A DNA stretch of 52,087 nucleotides from Phyllobates terribilis (lineage: Eukaryota), in NCBI RefSeq assembly GCF_046119375.1, contig NW_027362772.1:306156001-306208087 (forward strand), read 5' to 3'. This document shows positions 10,590 to 22,500 of this stretch, piece by piece. The position numbers and the translations under genes are program-made. Each line of letters starts with the position of its first letter. Positions within the stretch are counted from its first letter, which is position 1. The notes under the pieces were generated by a model, which made no database searches, had not been told where the DNA came from, and was given only the letters and a program-made list of their open reading frames with translations.

Positions 10590-12009
10590 CAGGCTGAGTA
10601 TTGTGTGTGGCCTCCACGTGCCTGTATGACCTCCCTACAACGCCTGGGCATGCTCCTGATGAGGCTGAGTATTGTGTGTGGCCTCCACGTGCCTGTATGA
10701 CCTCCCTACAACGCCTGGGCATGCTCCTGATGAGGCTGAGTATTGTGTGTGGCCTCCACGTGCCTGTATGTCCTCCCTACAACGCCTGGCCATGCTCCTG
10801 ATGAGGCTGAGTATTGTGTGTGGCCTCCACGTGCCTGTATGACCTCCCTACAACGCCTGGCCATGCTCCTGATGAGTCTCAGTATTGTGTGTGGCCTCCA
10901 CGTGCCTGTATGACCCCCCTACAACGCCTGGGCATGCTCCTGATGAGGCTGAATATTGTGTGTGGCCTCCACGTGCCTGTATGACCTCCCTACAACGCCT
11001 GGGCATGCTCCTGATGAGGCTGAGTATTGTGTGTGGCCTCCACGTTCCTGTATGACCTCCCTACAATGCCTGGGAATGCTCTTGATGAGGCTGAGTATTG
11101 TGTGTGGCCTCCACGTGCCTGTATGACCTCCCTACAACAACTGGGCATGCTCCTGATGAGGCTCAGTATTGTGTGTGGCCTCCACGTGCCTGTATGACCT
11201 CCCTACAACGCCTGGGCATGCTCCTGATGAGGCTCAGTATTGTGTGTGGCCTCCACGTGCCTGTATGACCTCCCTACAACGCCTGGGCATGCTCCTGATG
11301 AGGCTGAGTATTGTGTGTGGCCTCCACGTGCCTGTATGACCTCCCTACAACGCCTGGGCATGCTCCTGATGAGGCTGAGTATTGTGTGTGGCCTCCACGT
11401 GCCTGTATGACCTCCCTACAACGCCTGGGCATGCTCCTGATGAGGCTCAGTATTGTGTGTGGCCTCCACGTGCCTGTATGACCTCCCTACAACGCCTGGG
11501 CATGCTCCTGATGAGTCTCAGTATTGTGTGTGGCCTCCACGTGCCTGTATGACCCCCCTACAACGCCTGGGCATGCTCCTGATGACTCTCAGTATTGTGT
11601 GTGGCCTCCACGTGCCTCTATGACCTCCCTACAACGCCTGGGCATGCTCCTGATGAGGCTGAGTATTGTGTGTGGCCTCCACGTGCCTGTATGACCTCCC
11701 TACAACGCCTGGGCATGCTCCTGATGAGGCTGAGTATTGTGTGTGGCCTCCACGTTCCTGTATGACCTCCCTACAATGCCTGGGAATGCTCCTGATGAGG
11801 CTGAGTATTGTGTGTGGCCTCCACGTGCCTGTATGACCTCCCTACAACGCCTGGGCATGCTCCTGATGAGGCTGAGTATTGTGTGTGGCCTCCACGTGCC
11901 TGTATGACCTCCCTACACCGCCTGGGCATGCTCCTGATGAGGCTGAGTATTGTGTGTGGCCTCCAATTGCCTGTATGACCTCCCTACAACGCCTGGGCAT
12001 GCTCCTGAT
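10590..12009. repeat. 20 x 71-bp tandem array derived from the 3' end of the Tc1 transposase CDS
   Basis: Unit GAGGCTGAGTATTGTGTGTGGCCTCCACGTGCCTGTATGACCTCCCTACAACGCCTGGGCATGCTCCTGAT. Minus strand reads IRSMPRRCREVIQARGGHTQY. Confidence 0.97.
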
Positions 12010-12959
12010 GAGGTTGCAGATGGTCTCCTGTGGGATCTCCTCCCAGACCTGGACTAAAGCATCCGCCAACTCCTGGACAGTCTGTGGTGCAACGTGACGT
12101 TGGTGGATGGAGCAAGACACGATGTCCCAGATGTGCTCAATCGGATTCAGGTCTGGGGAACGGGCGGCCAGTCCATAGCTTCAATGCCTTCATCTTGCAG
12201 GAACTGCTGACACACTCCAGCCACATGAGGTCTGGCATTGTCCTGCATTAGGAGGAGCCCAGGGCCAACCGCACCAGCATATGGTCTCACAAGGGGTCTG
12301 AGGATCTCATCTCGGTACCTAATGACAGTCAGGCTACCTCTAGCGAGCACATGGAGGGCTGTGCAGCCCTCCAAAGAAATGCCACCCCACACCATTACTG
12401 ACCCACTGCCAAACCGGTCATGGTGAAGGATGTTGCAGGCAGCAGATCGCTCTCCACGGCGTCTCCAGACTCTGTCTCGTCTGTCACATGTGCTCAGTGT
12501 GAACCTGCTTTCATCTGTGAAGAGCACAGGGCGCCAGTGGCCACTTTGCCAATCCTGGTGTTCTGGGGCAAATGCCAAGCGTCCTGCACGGTGTTGGGCT
12601 GTGAGCACAACCCCCATCTGTGGACGTCGGGTCCTCATACCACCCTCATGGAGTCGGTTTCTAACTGTTTGTGCAGATACATGCACATTTGTGGCCTGCT
12701 GGAGGTCATTTTGCAGGGCTCTGGCAGTGCTCCTCCTTGCACAAAGGCGGAGGTAACGGTCCTGCTGCTGGGTTGTTGCCATCCTACAGCCCCCTTCACG
12801 TCTCCTGGTGTACTGGCCTGTCTCCTGGTAGCGCCTCCAACCTCTGGACACTACGCTGACAGACACAGCAAACCTTCTTGCCACAGCTCGCATTGATGTG
12901 CCATCCTGGATGAGCTGCACTACCTGAGCAACTTCTGTGGGTTGTAGAGTCCGTCTCAT
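11944..12959 (-). pseudogene. Tc1 DD34E transposase, 1-bp frameshift before the catalytic E, stop changed to TCA
   Basis: [20 protein letters not shown]...FTDESRF...MQDNARPH...DWP / [11 protein letters not shown]...GGHTQY. Confidence 0.9.
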
Positions 12960-13452
12960 GCTACCATGAGTGTGAAAGCACAACCAACATTCAAAAGTGA
13001 CCAAAACATCAGCCAGAAAGCATTGGTACTGAGATGTGGTCTGTGGTCCCCACCTGCAGAACCACTCCTTTATTGAGGGTGTCTTGATAATTGCCAATAA
13101 TTTCCATCTATTGTCTATTCCATTTGCACAACAGCAGGTGAGATTGATTGTCAATCAGTGTTGCTTCCTCAGTGGACGGTTTGATTCCACAGAAGTTTCA
13201 TTTACTCGGAGTTGTATTCTGTTCCCTGTATTTTTTTCAGCAGGGTATATACAGCAGACATGGAGGTCTACTTTGTGTTTGTTACATTCACAGAATATAA
13301 ATATAATTCAGACAGCAGAACAGAAATCAATCAGTAGAGAAGTCCGTAGTCTGCGGTGGCTCCAGGTTGCTGCTCCTCAGGACGGTGCAGGCAGCAGAGG
13401 TGAAGGAGCGCTGCTCTGCAGCAGTAATGAGGCTCATGTGATGATGGAGATT

Positions 13453-13505
13453 TCATCCCTGTAATATGTTTCTGGCCACGATCATCCTCATCACCTCGTT
13501 GGTTC
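13453..13505 (-). CDS. ACAD8: ACAD8 exon 11
   Basis: (G)[16 protein letters not shown]; acceptor CAG. Confidence 0.95.
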
Positions 13506-16500
13506 CTGGTCCCGGAAACAAAACATTTATTATGGTCTCCTCCTCGTCCTGAGCTTGTAGGAAAGAACATTTGTAAGTGCGAAGATATTATCTACAGAAG
13601 TTACAGGCCCGAAGCCTGAGGCTGCACTACTGCGACATGTAGACAACACATCCTGCTAAGATTTGTCCGGAGCAGCGCTCTCCGGATCTATGGCTGCGTC
13701 CTGAGGTAAGTAGTGACATCACTGCACCTCACGTGATGTCATCAGGTTGCCGCAGTAGTGCAGTTCATTACAGTATGTGCACTGCAAAACTCACCCTCCA
13801 GGATCTGATGGACGCGGATATCCCGAACAAACTGCTGAACGGCGTAATCCTTCAGGTATCCGTAACCTCCGTGCATCTGCAGAGCCTGATTACACACCTG
13901 CAGACAGAAAAGCATCAGACGGCAATGCAACCAACAGAACACTGAGCGCAGCTCTGGAGGAGAATACAGGATATAACTCAGGATCAGTAATGTAATGTAT
14001 GTACACAGTGACTGCACCAGCAGAATAGTGATTGCAGCTCTGGAGTATAATACAGGATATAACTCAGGATCAGTAATGTAATGTATGTACACAGTGACTG
14101 AACCAGCAGAATAGTGAGTGCAGCTCTGGAGTATAATACAGAATGTAACTCAGGATCAGTAATGTAATGTATGTACACAGTGACTGCACCAGCAGAATAG
14201 TGAATGCAGCTCTGGAGGATAATACAGGATGTAACTCAGGATCAGTAATGTATGTACACAGTGACTGGACCAGCAGAATAGTGAGTGCAGCTCTGGAGGA
14301 TAATACAGGAGGTAACTCAGGATCAGTAATGTATGTACACAGTGACTGGACCAGCAGAATAGTGAGTGCAGCTCTGGAGGATAATACAGGAGGTAACTCA
14401 GGATCAGTAATGTAATGTATGTACACAGTGACTGAACCAGCAGAATAGTGAGTGCAGCTCTGGAGTATAATACAGGAGGTAACTCAGGATCAGTAATGTA
14501 ATGCATGTACACGGTGACTGCACCAGCAGAATAGTGAATGCCGCTCTGGAGTATAATACAGGATGTAACTCAGGATCAGTAATGTAATGTATGCACACAG
14601 TGACTGCACCAGCATAATAGTGAGTGCAGCTCTGGGGTATAATACAGGATGTAACTCAGGATCAGTAATGTAATGTATGTACACAGTGACTGCACCAGCA
14701 GAATAGTGAGTGCAGCTCTGGAGTATAATACAGGAGGTAACTCAGGATCAGTAATGTAATGTATGTACACAGTGACTGCACCAGCAGAATAGTGAGTGCA
14801 GCTCTGGGGTATAATACAGGAGGTAACTCAGGATCAGTAATGTAATGTATGTACACAGTGACTGCACCAGCAGAATAGTGAGTGCAGCTCTGGAGTATAA
14901 TACAGGAGGTAACTCAGGATCAGTAATGTAATGTACACAGTGACTGCACCAGCAGAATAGTGAGTGCAGCTCTGGAGTATAATACAGGATGTAACTCAGG
15001 ATCAGTAATGTAATGTATGTACACAGTGACTGCACCAGCAGAATAGTGAGTGCAGCTCTGGAGTATAATACAGGAGGTAACTCAGGATCAGTAATGTAAT
15101 GTATGTACACAGTGACTGCACCAGCAGAATAGTGAGTGCAGCTCTGGGGTATAATACAGGAGGTAACTCAGGATCAGTAATGTAATGTATGTACACAGTG
15201 ACTGCACCAGCAGAATAGTGAGTGCAGCTCTGGAGTATAATACAGGAGGTAACTCAGGATCAGTAATGTAATGTATGTACACAGTGACTGCACCAGCAGA
15301 ATAGTGAGTGCAGCTCTGGAGCATAATACAGGAGGTAACTCAGGATCAGTAATGTAATGTATGTACACAGTGACTGCACCAGCAGAATAGTGAGTGCAGC
15401 TCTGGAGTATAATACAGGATGTAACTCAGGATCAGTAATGTAATGTATGTACACAGTGACTGCACCAGCAGAATAGTGAGTGCAGCTCTGGAGTATAATA
15501 CAGGATGTAACTCCGGATCAGTAATGTAATGTATGTACACAGTGACTGCACCAACAGAATAGTGAGTGGAGCTCTGGAGTATAATACAGGAGGTAACTCA
15601 GGATCAGTAATGTAATGTATGTACACAGTGACTGCACCAGCAGAATAGTGAGTGCAGCTCTGGAGTATAATACAGGAGGTAACTCAGGATCAGTAATGTA
15701 ATGTATGAACACAGTGACTGCACCAACAGAATAGTGAGTGGAGCTCTGGAGTATAATACAGGAGGTAACTCAGGATCAGTAATGTAATGTATGTACACAG
15801 TGACTGCACCAGCAGAATAGTGAGTGGAGCTCTGGAGTATAATACAGGAGGTAACTCAGGATCAGTAATGTAATGTATGTACACAGTGACTGCACCAGCA
15901 GAATAGTGAGTGCAGCTCTGGAGTATAATACAGGAGGTAACTCAGGATCAGTAATGTAATGTATGTACACAGTGACTGCACCAACAGAATAGTGAGTGGA
16001 GCTCTGGAGTATAATACAGGAGGTAACTCAGGATCAGTAATGTAATGTATGTACACAGTGACTGCACCAGCAGAATAGTGAGTGCAGCTCTGGAGTATAA
16101 TACAGGATGTAACTCAGGATCAGTAATGTAATGTATGTACACAGTGACTGCACCAGCAGAATAGTGATTGCAGCTCTGGAGTATAATACAGGATGTAACT
16201 CAGGATCAGTAATGTAATGTATGTACACAGTGACTGCACCAGCAGAATAGTGATTGCAGCTCTGGAGTATAATACAGGAGGTAACTCAGGATCAGTAATG
16301 TAATGTATGTACACAGTGACTGCACCAGAATAGTGAGTGCAGCTCTGGAGTATAATACAGGATGTAACTCAGGATAAGTAATTTATGTACACAGTGACTG
16401 CACCAGCAGAATAGTGAGTGCAGCTCTGGAGTATAATACAGGAGGTAACTCAGGATCAGTAATGTAATGTATGTACACAGTGACTGCACCAGAATAGTGA

Positions 16501-19500
16501 GTGCAGCTCTGGAGTATAATACAGGATGTAACTCAGGATCAGTAATGTAATGTATGTACACAGTGACTGCACCAGCAGAATAGTGAGTGCAGCTCTGGAG
16601 TATAATACAGGATGTAACTCAGGATCAGTAATGTAATGTATGTGCACAGTAACTGCACCAGCAGAATATTGAGTGCAGCTCTGGAGTATAATACAGGAGG
16701 TAACTCAGGATCAGTAATGTAATGTATGTACACAGTGACTGCACCAGCAGAATAGTGAGTGCAGCTCTGGAGTATAATACAGGAGGTAACTCAGGATCAG
16801 TAATGTATGTACACAGTGACTGCACCAGCAGAATAGTGAGTGCAGCTCTGGAGTATAATACAGGATGTAACTCAGGATCAGTAATGTAATGTATGTACAC
16901 AGTGACTGCACCAGCAGAATAGTGAGTGCAGCTCTGGGGTATAATACAGGAGGTAACTCAGGATCAGTAATGTAATGTATGTACACAGTGACTGCACCAG
17001 CAGAATAGTGAGTGCAGCTCTGGAGTATAGTATAGGATGTAACTCAGGATCAGTAATGTAATGTATGTACACAGTGACTGCACCAGCAGAATAGTGAGTG
17101 CAGCTCTGGAGTATAGTATAGGATGTAACTCAGGATCAGTAATGTAATGTATGTACACAGTGACTGCACCAGCAGAACAGTGAGTGCCGCTCTGGAGTAT
17201 AATACAGGATGTAACTCAGGATCAGTAATGTAATGTATGTACACAGTGACTGCACCAGCAGAATAGTGAGTGCAGCTCTGGAGAATAATACAGAATGTAG
17301 CTCAGGATCAGTAATGTAATGTGTGTACACAGTGACTGCACCAGCAGAATAGTGAGTGCAGCTCTGGAGTATAATACAGGAGGTAACTCAGGATCAGTAA
17401 TGTAATGTATGTACACAGTGACTGCACCAGCAGAATAGTGAGTGCAGCTCTGGAGTATAATACAGGATGTAACTCAAGATCAGTAATGTAATGTATGTAC
17501 ACAGTGACTGCACCAGCAGAATAGTGAGTGCAGCTCTGGAGGATAATACAGGATGTGAGTTAATCATAAAGCAGATGAAGACCATACCAGATGGTCTGGG
17601 CGCTGGTGAGTTTTATAACATTTCTGGGTGTATTTTTACGGTTTTACAGTTTCTTATGTCGCTCACCTTAAAACATTCGTCAGTAGCGTACAATTTGGCC
17701 ATAGCGCAGAGCGTTGCGGCGTCTCTGTGCTCCTCCTGCAGAGCTTGCGCTGCATGGCGTACGATCAGCCGCGCAGTAACCAGCTGCGTCGCCATCTCCG
17801 CCAATCTGAATTGTAGATACTGAGGGAAACAAACGACGCACAATGAAACCCGAGAATGACGATGATTTCTGCCGGTAACCGGTAAACGCAGTGACGTTAC
17901 CTGATTATTAGCGAGCGGCTCCCCGAACTGCTTCCGCACAGAAAGGTGATCGCGGGACAGTAAGACCGAGGCGTGGGCCGCACCCAGCGAGCACGAGGCT
18001 GAGGAGCACATGACTGCAGTGAGTCCACGAATAGAGGCGAAGCCACGGATGACCCGAGCAGTCCACCTGACCGCCCACTACAAGGAGGATGGCAGGGAAG
18101 GAGGGAGGAGAGGACGGAAGGGGTAGGGAGGGAGGGGAGGAGAGGACGGAAGGGGCAGGGAGGGAGGGGAGGGGAGGAGAGGACGGAAGGGGAGGAGAGG
18201 ACGGAAGGGGAGGAGAGGATGGAAGGGGAGGAGAGGACGGAAGGGGAGGAGAGGATGGAAGGGGAGGAGAGGACGGAAGGGGAGGAGAGGAGAGGACGGA
18301 AGGGGAGGAGAGGACAGAAGGGGAGGAGAGGACGGAAGGGGAGGAGAGGACGGAAGGGGAGGAGAGGACGGAAGGGGAGGAGAGGACGGAAGGGGAGGAG
18401 AGGACGGAAGGGGAGGAGATGACGGAAGGGGAGGAGAGGACGGAAGGGGAGGAGAGGACGGAAGGGGCAGGGAAGGAGGGGAGGAGAGGACGGAAGGGGT
18501 AGGGAGGGAGGGGAGGAGATGACGGAAGGGGCAGGGAGGGAGAGGAGGAGAGGACGGAAGGGGAGGAGAGGACAGAAGGGGAGGAGAGGACGGAAGGGGA
18601 GGAGAGGACGGAAGGGGAGGAGAGGACGGAAGGGGAGGAGAGGACGGAAGGGGAGGAGAGGACGGAAGGGGAGGAGAGGACGGAAGGGGAGGAGAGGACG
18701 GAAGGGGAGGAGAGGACGGAAGGGGAGGAGAGGACGGAAGGGGAGGAGAGGACGGAAGGGGAGGAGAGGACGGAAGGGGAGGAGAGGACGGAAGGGGAGG
18801 AGAGGACGGAAGGGGAGGAGAGGACGGAAGGGGCAGGGAGGGAGGGGAGGAGAGGACGGAAGGGGCAGGGAGGGAGGGGAGGAGAGGACGGAAGGGGCAG
18901 GGAAAGGGGACGGAAGGGGCAAGGAAGGAGGGAAGAGGGGACGGAAGGGGCAAGGAAGGAGGGAAGAGGGGACGTAAGGGGCAAGGAAGGAGGGAAGAGG
19001 GGACGTAAGGGGCAAGGAAGGAGGGGAGGAGAGGACGTAAGGGGCAAGGAAGGAGGGGAGGAGAGGACGTAAGGGGCAGGGAGGGAGGGGAGGAGAGGAC
19101 GTAAGGGGCAGGGAAGGAGGGGAGGAGAGGACGTAAGGGGCAGGGAAGGAGGGGAGGAGAGGACGGAAGGGGCAGGGAAGGAGGGGAGGAGAGGACGGAA
19201 GGGGCAGGGAAGGAGGGGAGGAGAGGACGGAAGGGGCAGGGAAGGAGGGGAGGAGAGGACGGAAGGGGCAGGGAAGGAGGGGAGGAGAGGACGGAAGGGG
19301 CAGGGAAGGAGGGGAGGAGAGGACGGAAGGGGCAGGGAAGGAGGGGAGGAGAGGACGGAAGGGGCAGGGAAGGAGGGGAGGAGAGGACGGAAGGGGCAGG
19401 GAAGGAGGGGAGGAGAGGACGGAAGGGGCAGGGAAGGAGGGGAGGAGAGGACGGAAGGGGCAGGGAAGGAGGGGAGGAGAGGACGGAAGGGGCAGGGAAG

Positions 19501-22500
19501 GAGGGGAGGAGAGGACGGAAGGGGCAGGGAAGGAGGGGAGGAGAGGACGGAAGGGGCAGGGAAGGAGGGGAGGAGAGGACGGAAGGGGCAGGGAAGGAGG
19601 GGAGGAGAGGACGGAAGGGGCAGGGAAGGAGGGGAGGAGAGGACGGAAGGGGCAGGGAAGGAGGGGAGGAGAGGACGGAAGGGGCAGGGAAGGAGGGGAG
19701 GAGAGGACGGAAGGGGCAGGGAAGGAGGGGAGGAGAGGACGGAAGGGGCAGGGAAGGAGGGGAGGAGAGGACGGAAGGGGCAGGGAAGGAGGGGAGGAGA
19801 GGACGGAAGGGGCAGGGAAGGAGGGGAGGAGAGGACGGAAGGGGCAGGGAAGGAGGGGAGGAGAGGACGGAAGGGGCAGGGAAGGAGGGGAGGAGAGGAC
19901 GGAAGGGGCAGGGAAGGAGGGGAGGAGAGGACGGAAGGGGCAGGGAAGGAGGGGAGGAGAGGACGGAAGGAGCAGGGAAGGAGGGGAGGAGAGGACGGAA
20001 GGGGCAGGGAAGGAGGGGAGGAGAGGACGGAAGGGGCAGGGAAGGAGGGGAGGAGAGGACGGAAGGGGCAGGCAAGGAGGGGAGGAGAGGACGGAAGGGG
20101 CAGGCAAGGAGGGGAGGAGAGGACGGAAGGGGCAGGCAAGGAGGGGAGGAGAGGACGGAAGGGGCAGGGAAAAAGGGGAGGAGAGGACGGAAGGGGCAGG
20201 CAAGGAGGGGAGGAGAGGACGGAAGGGGCAGGCAAGGAGGGGAGGAGAGGACGGAAGGGGCAGGCAAGGAGGGGAGGAGAGGACGGAAGGGGCAGGGAAG
20301 GAGGGGAGGAGAGGACGGAAGGGGCAGGGAAGGAGGGGAGGAGAGGACGGAAGGGGCAGGGAAGGAGGGGAGGAGAGGACGGAAGGGGCAGGTAAGGAGG
20401 GGAGTAGAGGACGGAAGGGGCAGGGAAGGAGGGGAGGAGATGACGGAAGGGGCAGGGAAGGAGGGGAGGAGAGGACGGAAGGGGCAGGGAAGGAGGGGAG
20501 GAGAGGACGGAAGGGGCAGGGAAGGAGGGGAGGAGAGGACGGAAGGGGCAGGGAAGGAGGGGAGGAGAGGACGGAAGGGGCAGGGAAGGAGGGGAGGAGA
20601 GGACGGAAGGGGCAGGGAAGGAGGGGAGGAGAGGACGGAAGGGGCAGGGAAGGAGGGGAGGAGAGGACGGAAGGGGCAGGGAAGGAGGGGAGGAGAGGAC
20701 GGAAGGGGCAGGGAAGGAGGGGAGGAGAGGACGGAAGGGGCAGGGAAGGAGGGGAGGAGAGGACGGAAGGGGCAGGGAAGGAGGGGACGGAAGGAGCAGG
20801 GAAGGAGGGAGGAGGGGACGGAAGGGGCAGGGAAGGAGGGAGGAGGGGACGGAAGGGGCAGGGAAGGAGGGAGAAGGGGACGGAAGGGGCAGGGAAAGAG
20901 GGAGGAGAGGACGGAAGGGGCAGGGAAGAGGAGACGGAAGGGGCAAAGAAGGAGGGAAGAGGGGACGGAAGGAGGGAAGAGGGGACGGAAGGGGCAAGGA
21001 AGGAGGGAGGACGGAAGGGGCAGGGAAGGAGGGAGGACGGAAGGGGCAGGGAAGGAGGGAGGACGGAAGGGGCAGGGAAGGAGGGAGGACGGAAGGGGCA
21101 GGGAAGGAGGGAGGAGGGGACGGAAGGGGCAGGGAAGGAGGGAGGAGGGGACGGAAGGGGCAAGGAAGGAGGGAGGACGGAAGGGGCAGGGAAGGAGGGA
21201 GGACGGAAGGGGCAGGGAAGGAGGGAGGACGGAAGGGGCAGGGAAGGAGGGAGGAGGGGACGGAAGGGGCAGGGAAGGAGGGAGGAGGGGACGGAAGGGG
21301 CAGGGAAGGAGGGAGGAGGGGACGGAAGGGGCAGGGAAGGAGGGAGGAGGGGACGGAAGGGGCAGGGAAGGAGGGAGGAGGGGACGGAAGGGGCAGGGAA
21401 GGAGGGAGGAGGGGACGGAAGGGGCAGGGAAGGAGGGAGGAGGGGACGGAAGGGGCAGGGAAGGAGGGAGGAGGGGACGGAAGGGGCAGGGAAGGAGGGA
21501 GGAGGGGACGGAAGGGGCAGGGAAGGAGGGAGGAGGGGACGGAAGGGGCAGGGAAGGAGGGAGGAGGGGACGGAAGGGGCAGGGAAGGAGGGAGGGGACG
21601 GAAGGGGCAGGGAAGGAGGGAGGGGACGGAAGGGGCAGGGAAGGAGGGAGGAGGGGACGGAAGGGGCAGGGAAGGAGGGAGGAGGGGACGGAAGGGGCAG
21701 GGAGGGAGGGAGGAGGGGACGGAAGGGGCAGAGAAGGAGGGAGGAGGGGACGGAAGGGGCAGGGAAGGAGGGAGGAGGGGACGGAAGGGGCAAAGAAAGA
21801 GGGAGGAGGAGACGGAAGGGGCAAAGAAAGAGGGAGGAGGAGACGGAAGGGGCAAAGAAGGAGGGAGGAGGGGACGGAAGGGGCAGGGAAGGAGGGAGGA
21901 GGGGACGGAAGGGGTAGGGAAGGAGGGAGGAGGGGACGGAAGGGGCAGGGAAAGAGGGAGGAGAGGACGGAAGGGGCAAGGAAGGAGGGAAGAGGGGACG
22001 GAAGGGGCAAGGAAGGAGGGAAGGGAGGACGGAAGGGACAGGGGAGGAGGGGACGGAAGGGGTAGGGAAGGAGGGAGGAGGGGACGGAAGGGGCAGGGAA
22101 AGAGGGAGGAGAGGACGGAAGGGGCAAGGAAGGAGGGAAGAGAGGACGGAAGGGGCAGGGGAGGAGGGAGGAGGGGACGGAAGGGGCAAGGAAGGAGGGA
22201 GGAGGGGACGGAAGGGGCAAGGAAGGAGGGGACGGAAGGAGCAAGGAAGGAGGGAGGAGGGAAAGGAAGGGGCAGCGAAGGAGGGAGGAGGGGAAGGAGG
22301 GAGGAGGGGATGGAGGGGGAAAGGAGGGGACGGAAGGGGCGAGGAGGGGACGGAAGGGGCAGGGAAGGAGAGAGGAGGGGACGGAAGGGGCAGAGAAGGA
22401 GAGAGGAGGGGACGGAAGGGGCAGAGAAGGAGGGAGGAGGGGACGGAAGGGGAAGGGAAGGAGGGTAGAGAGGACGGAAGGGTCATTGAAGGAGAGAGGA

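Larger units (their letters stand above)
10338..13245 (-). mobile_element. Tc1-family DD34E transposon with short TIRs and an internal 71-bp expansion
   Basis: Starts CACTGCTCAAAAAATAAAGGGAACAC after TA 10336-37. Ends GTTCCCTGTATTTTTTTCAGCAGGG before TA 13246-47. 2908 bp, or 1559 bp without the 19 extra units. Confidence 0.93.

Noticed and set aside
12147-13154. 335-aa ORF as an intact transposase
   Set aside because: The real start is ATG 12959 and a 1-bp deletion ends the frame before the catalytic E.
10590-17555. CRISPR-like regular arrays (71 bp, 86 bp)
   Set aside because: Head-to-tail repeats with no unique spacers, no cas genes, and a eukaryotic intron-containing context.
13984-17585. 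Dozens of near-identical 64-aa ORFs ([11 protein letters not shown]...)
   Set aside because: Translation of the 86-bp unit cycling through frames; no coding signal.
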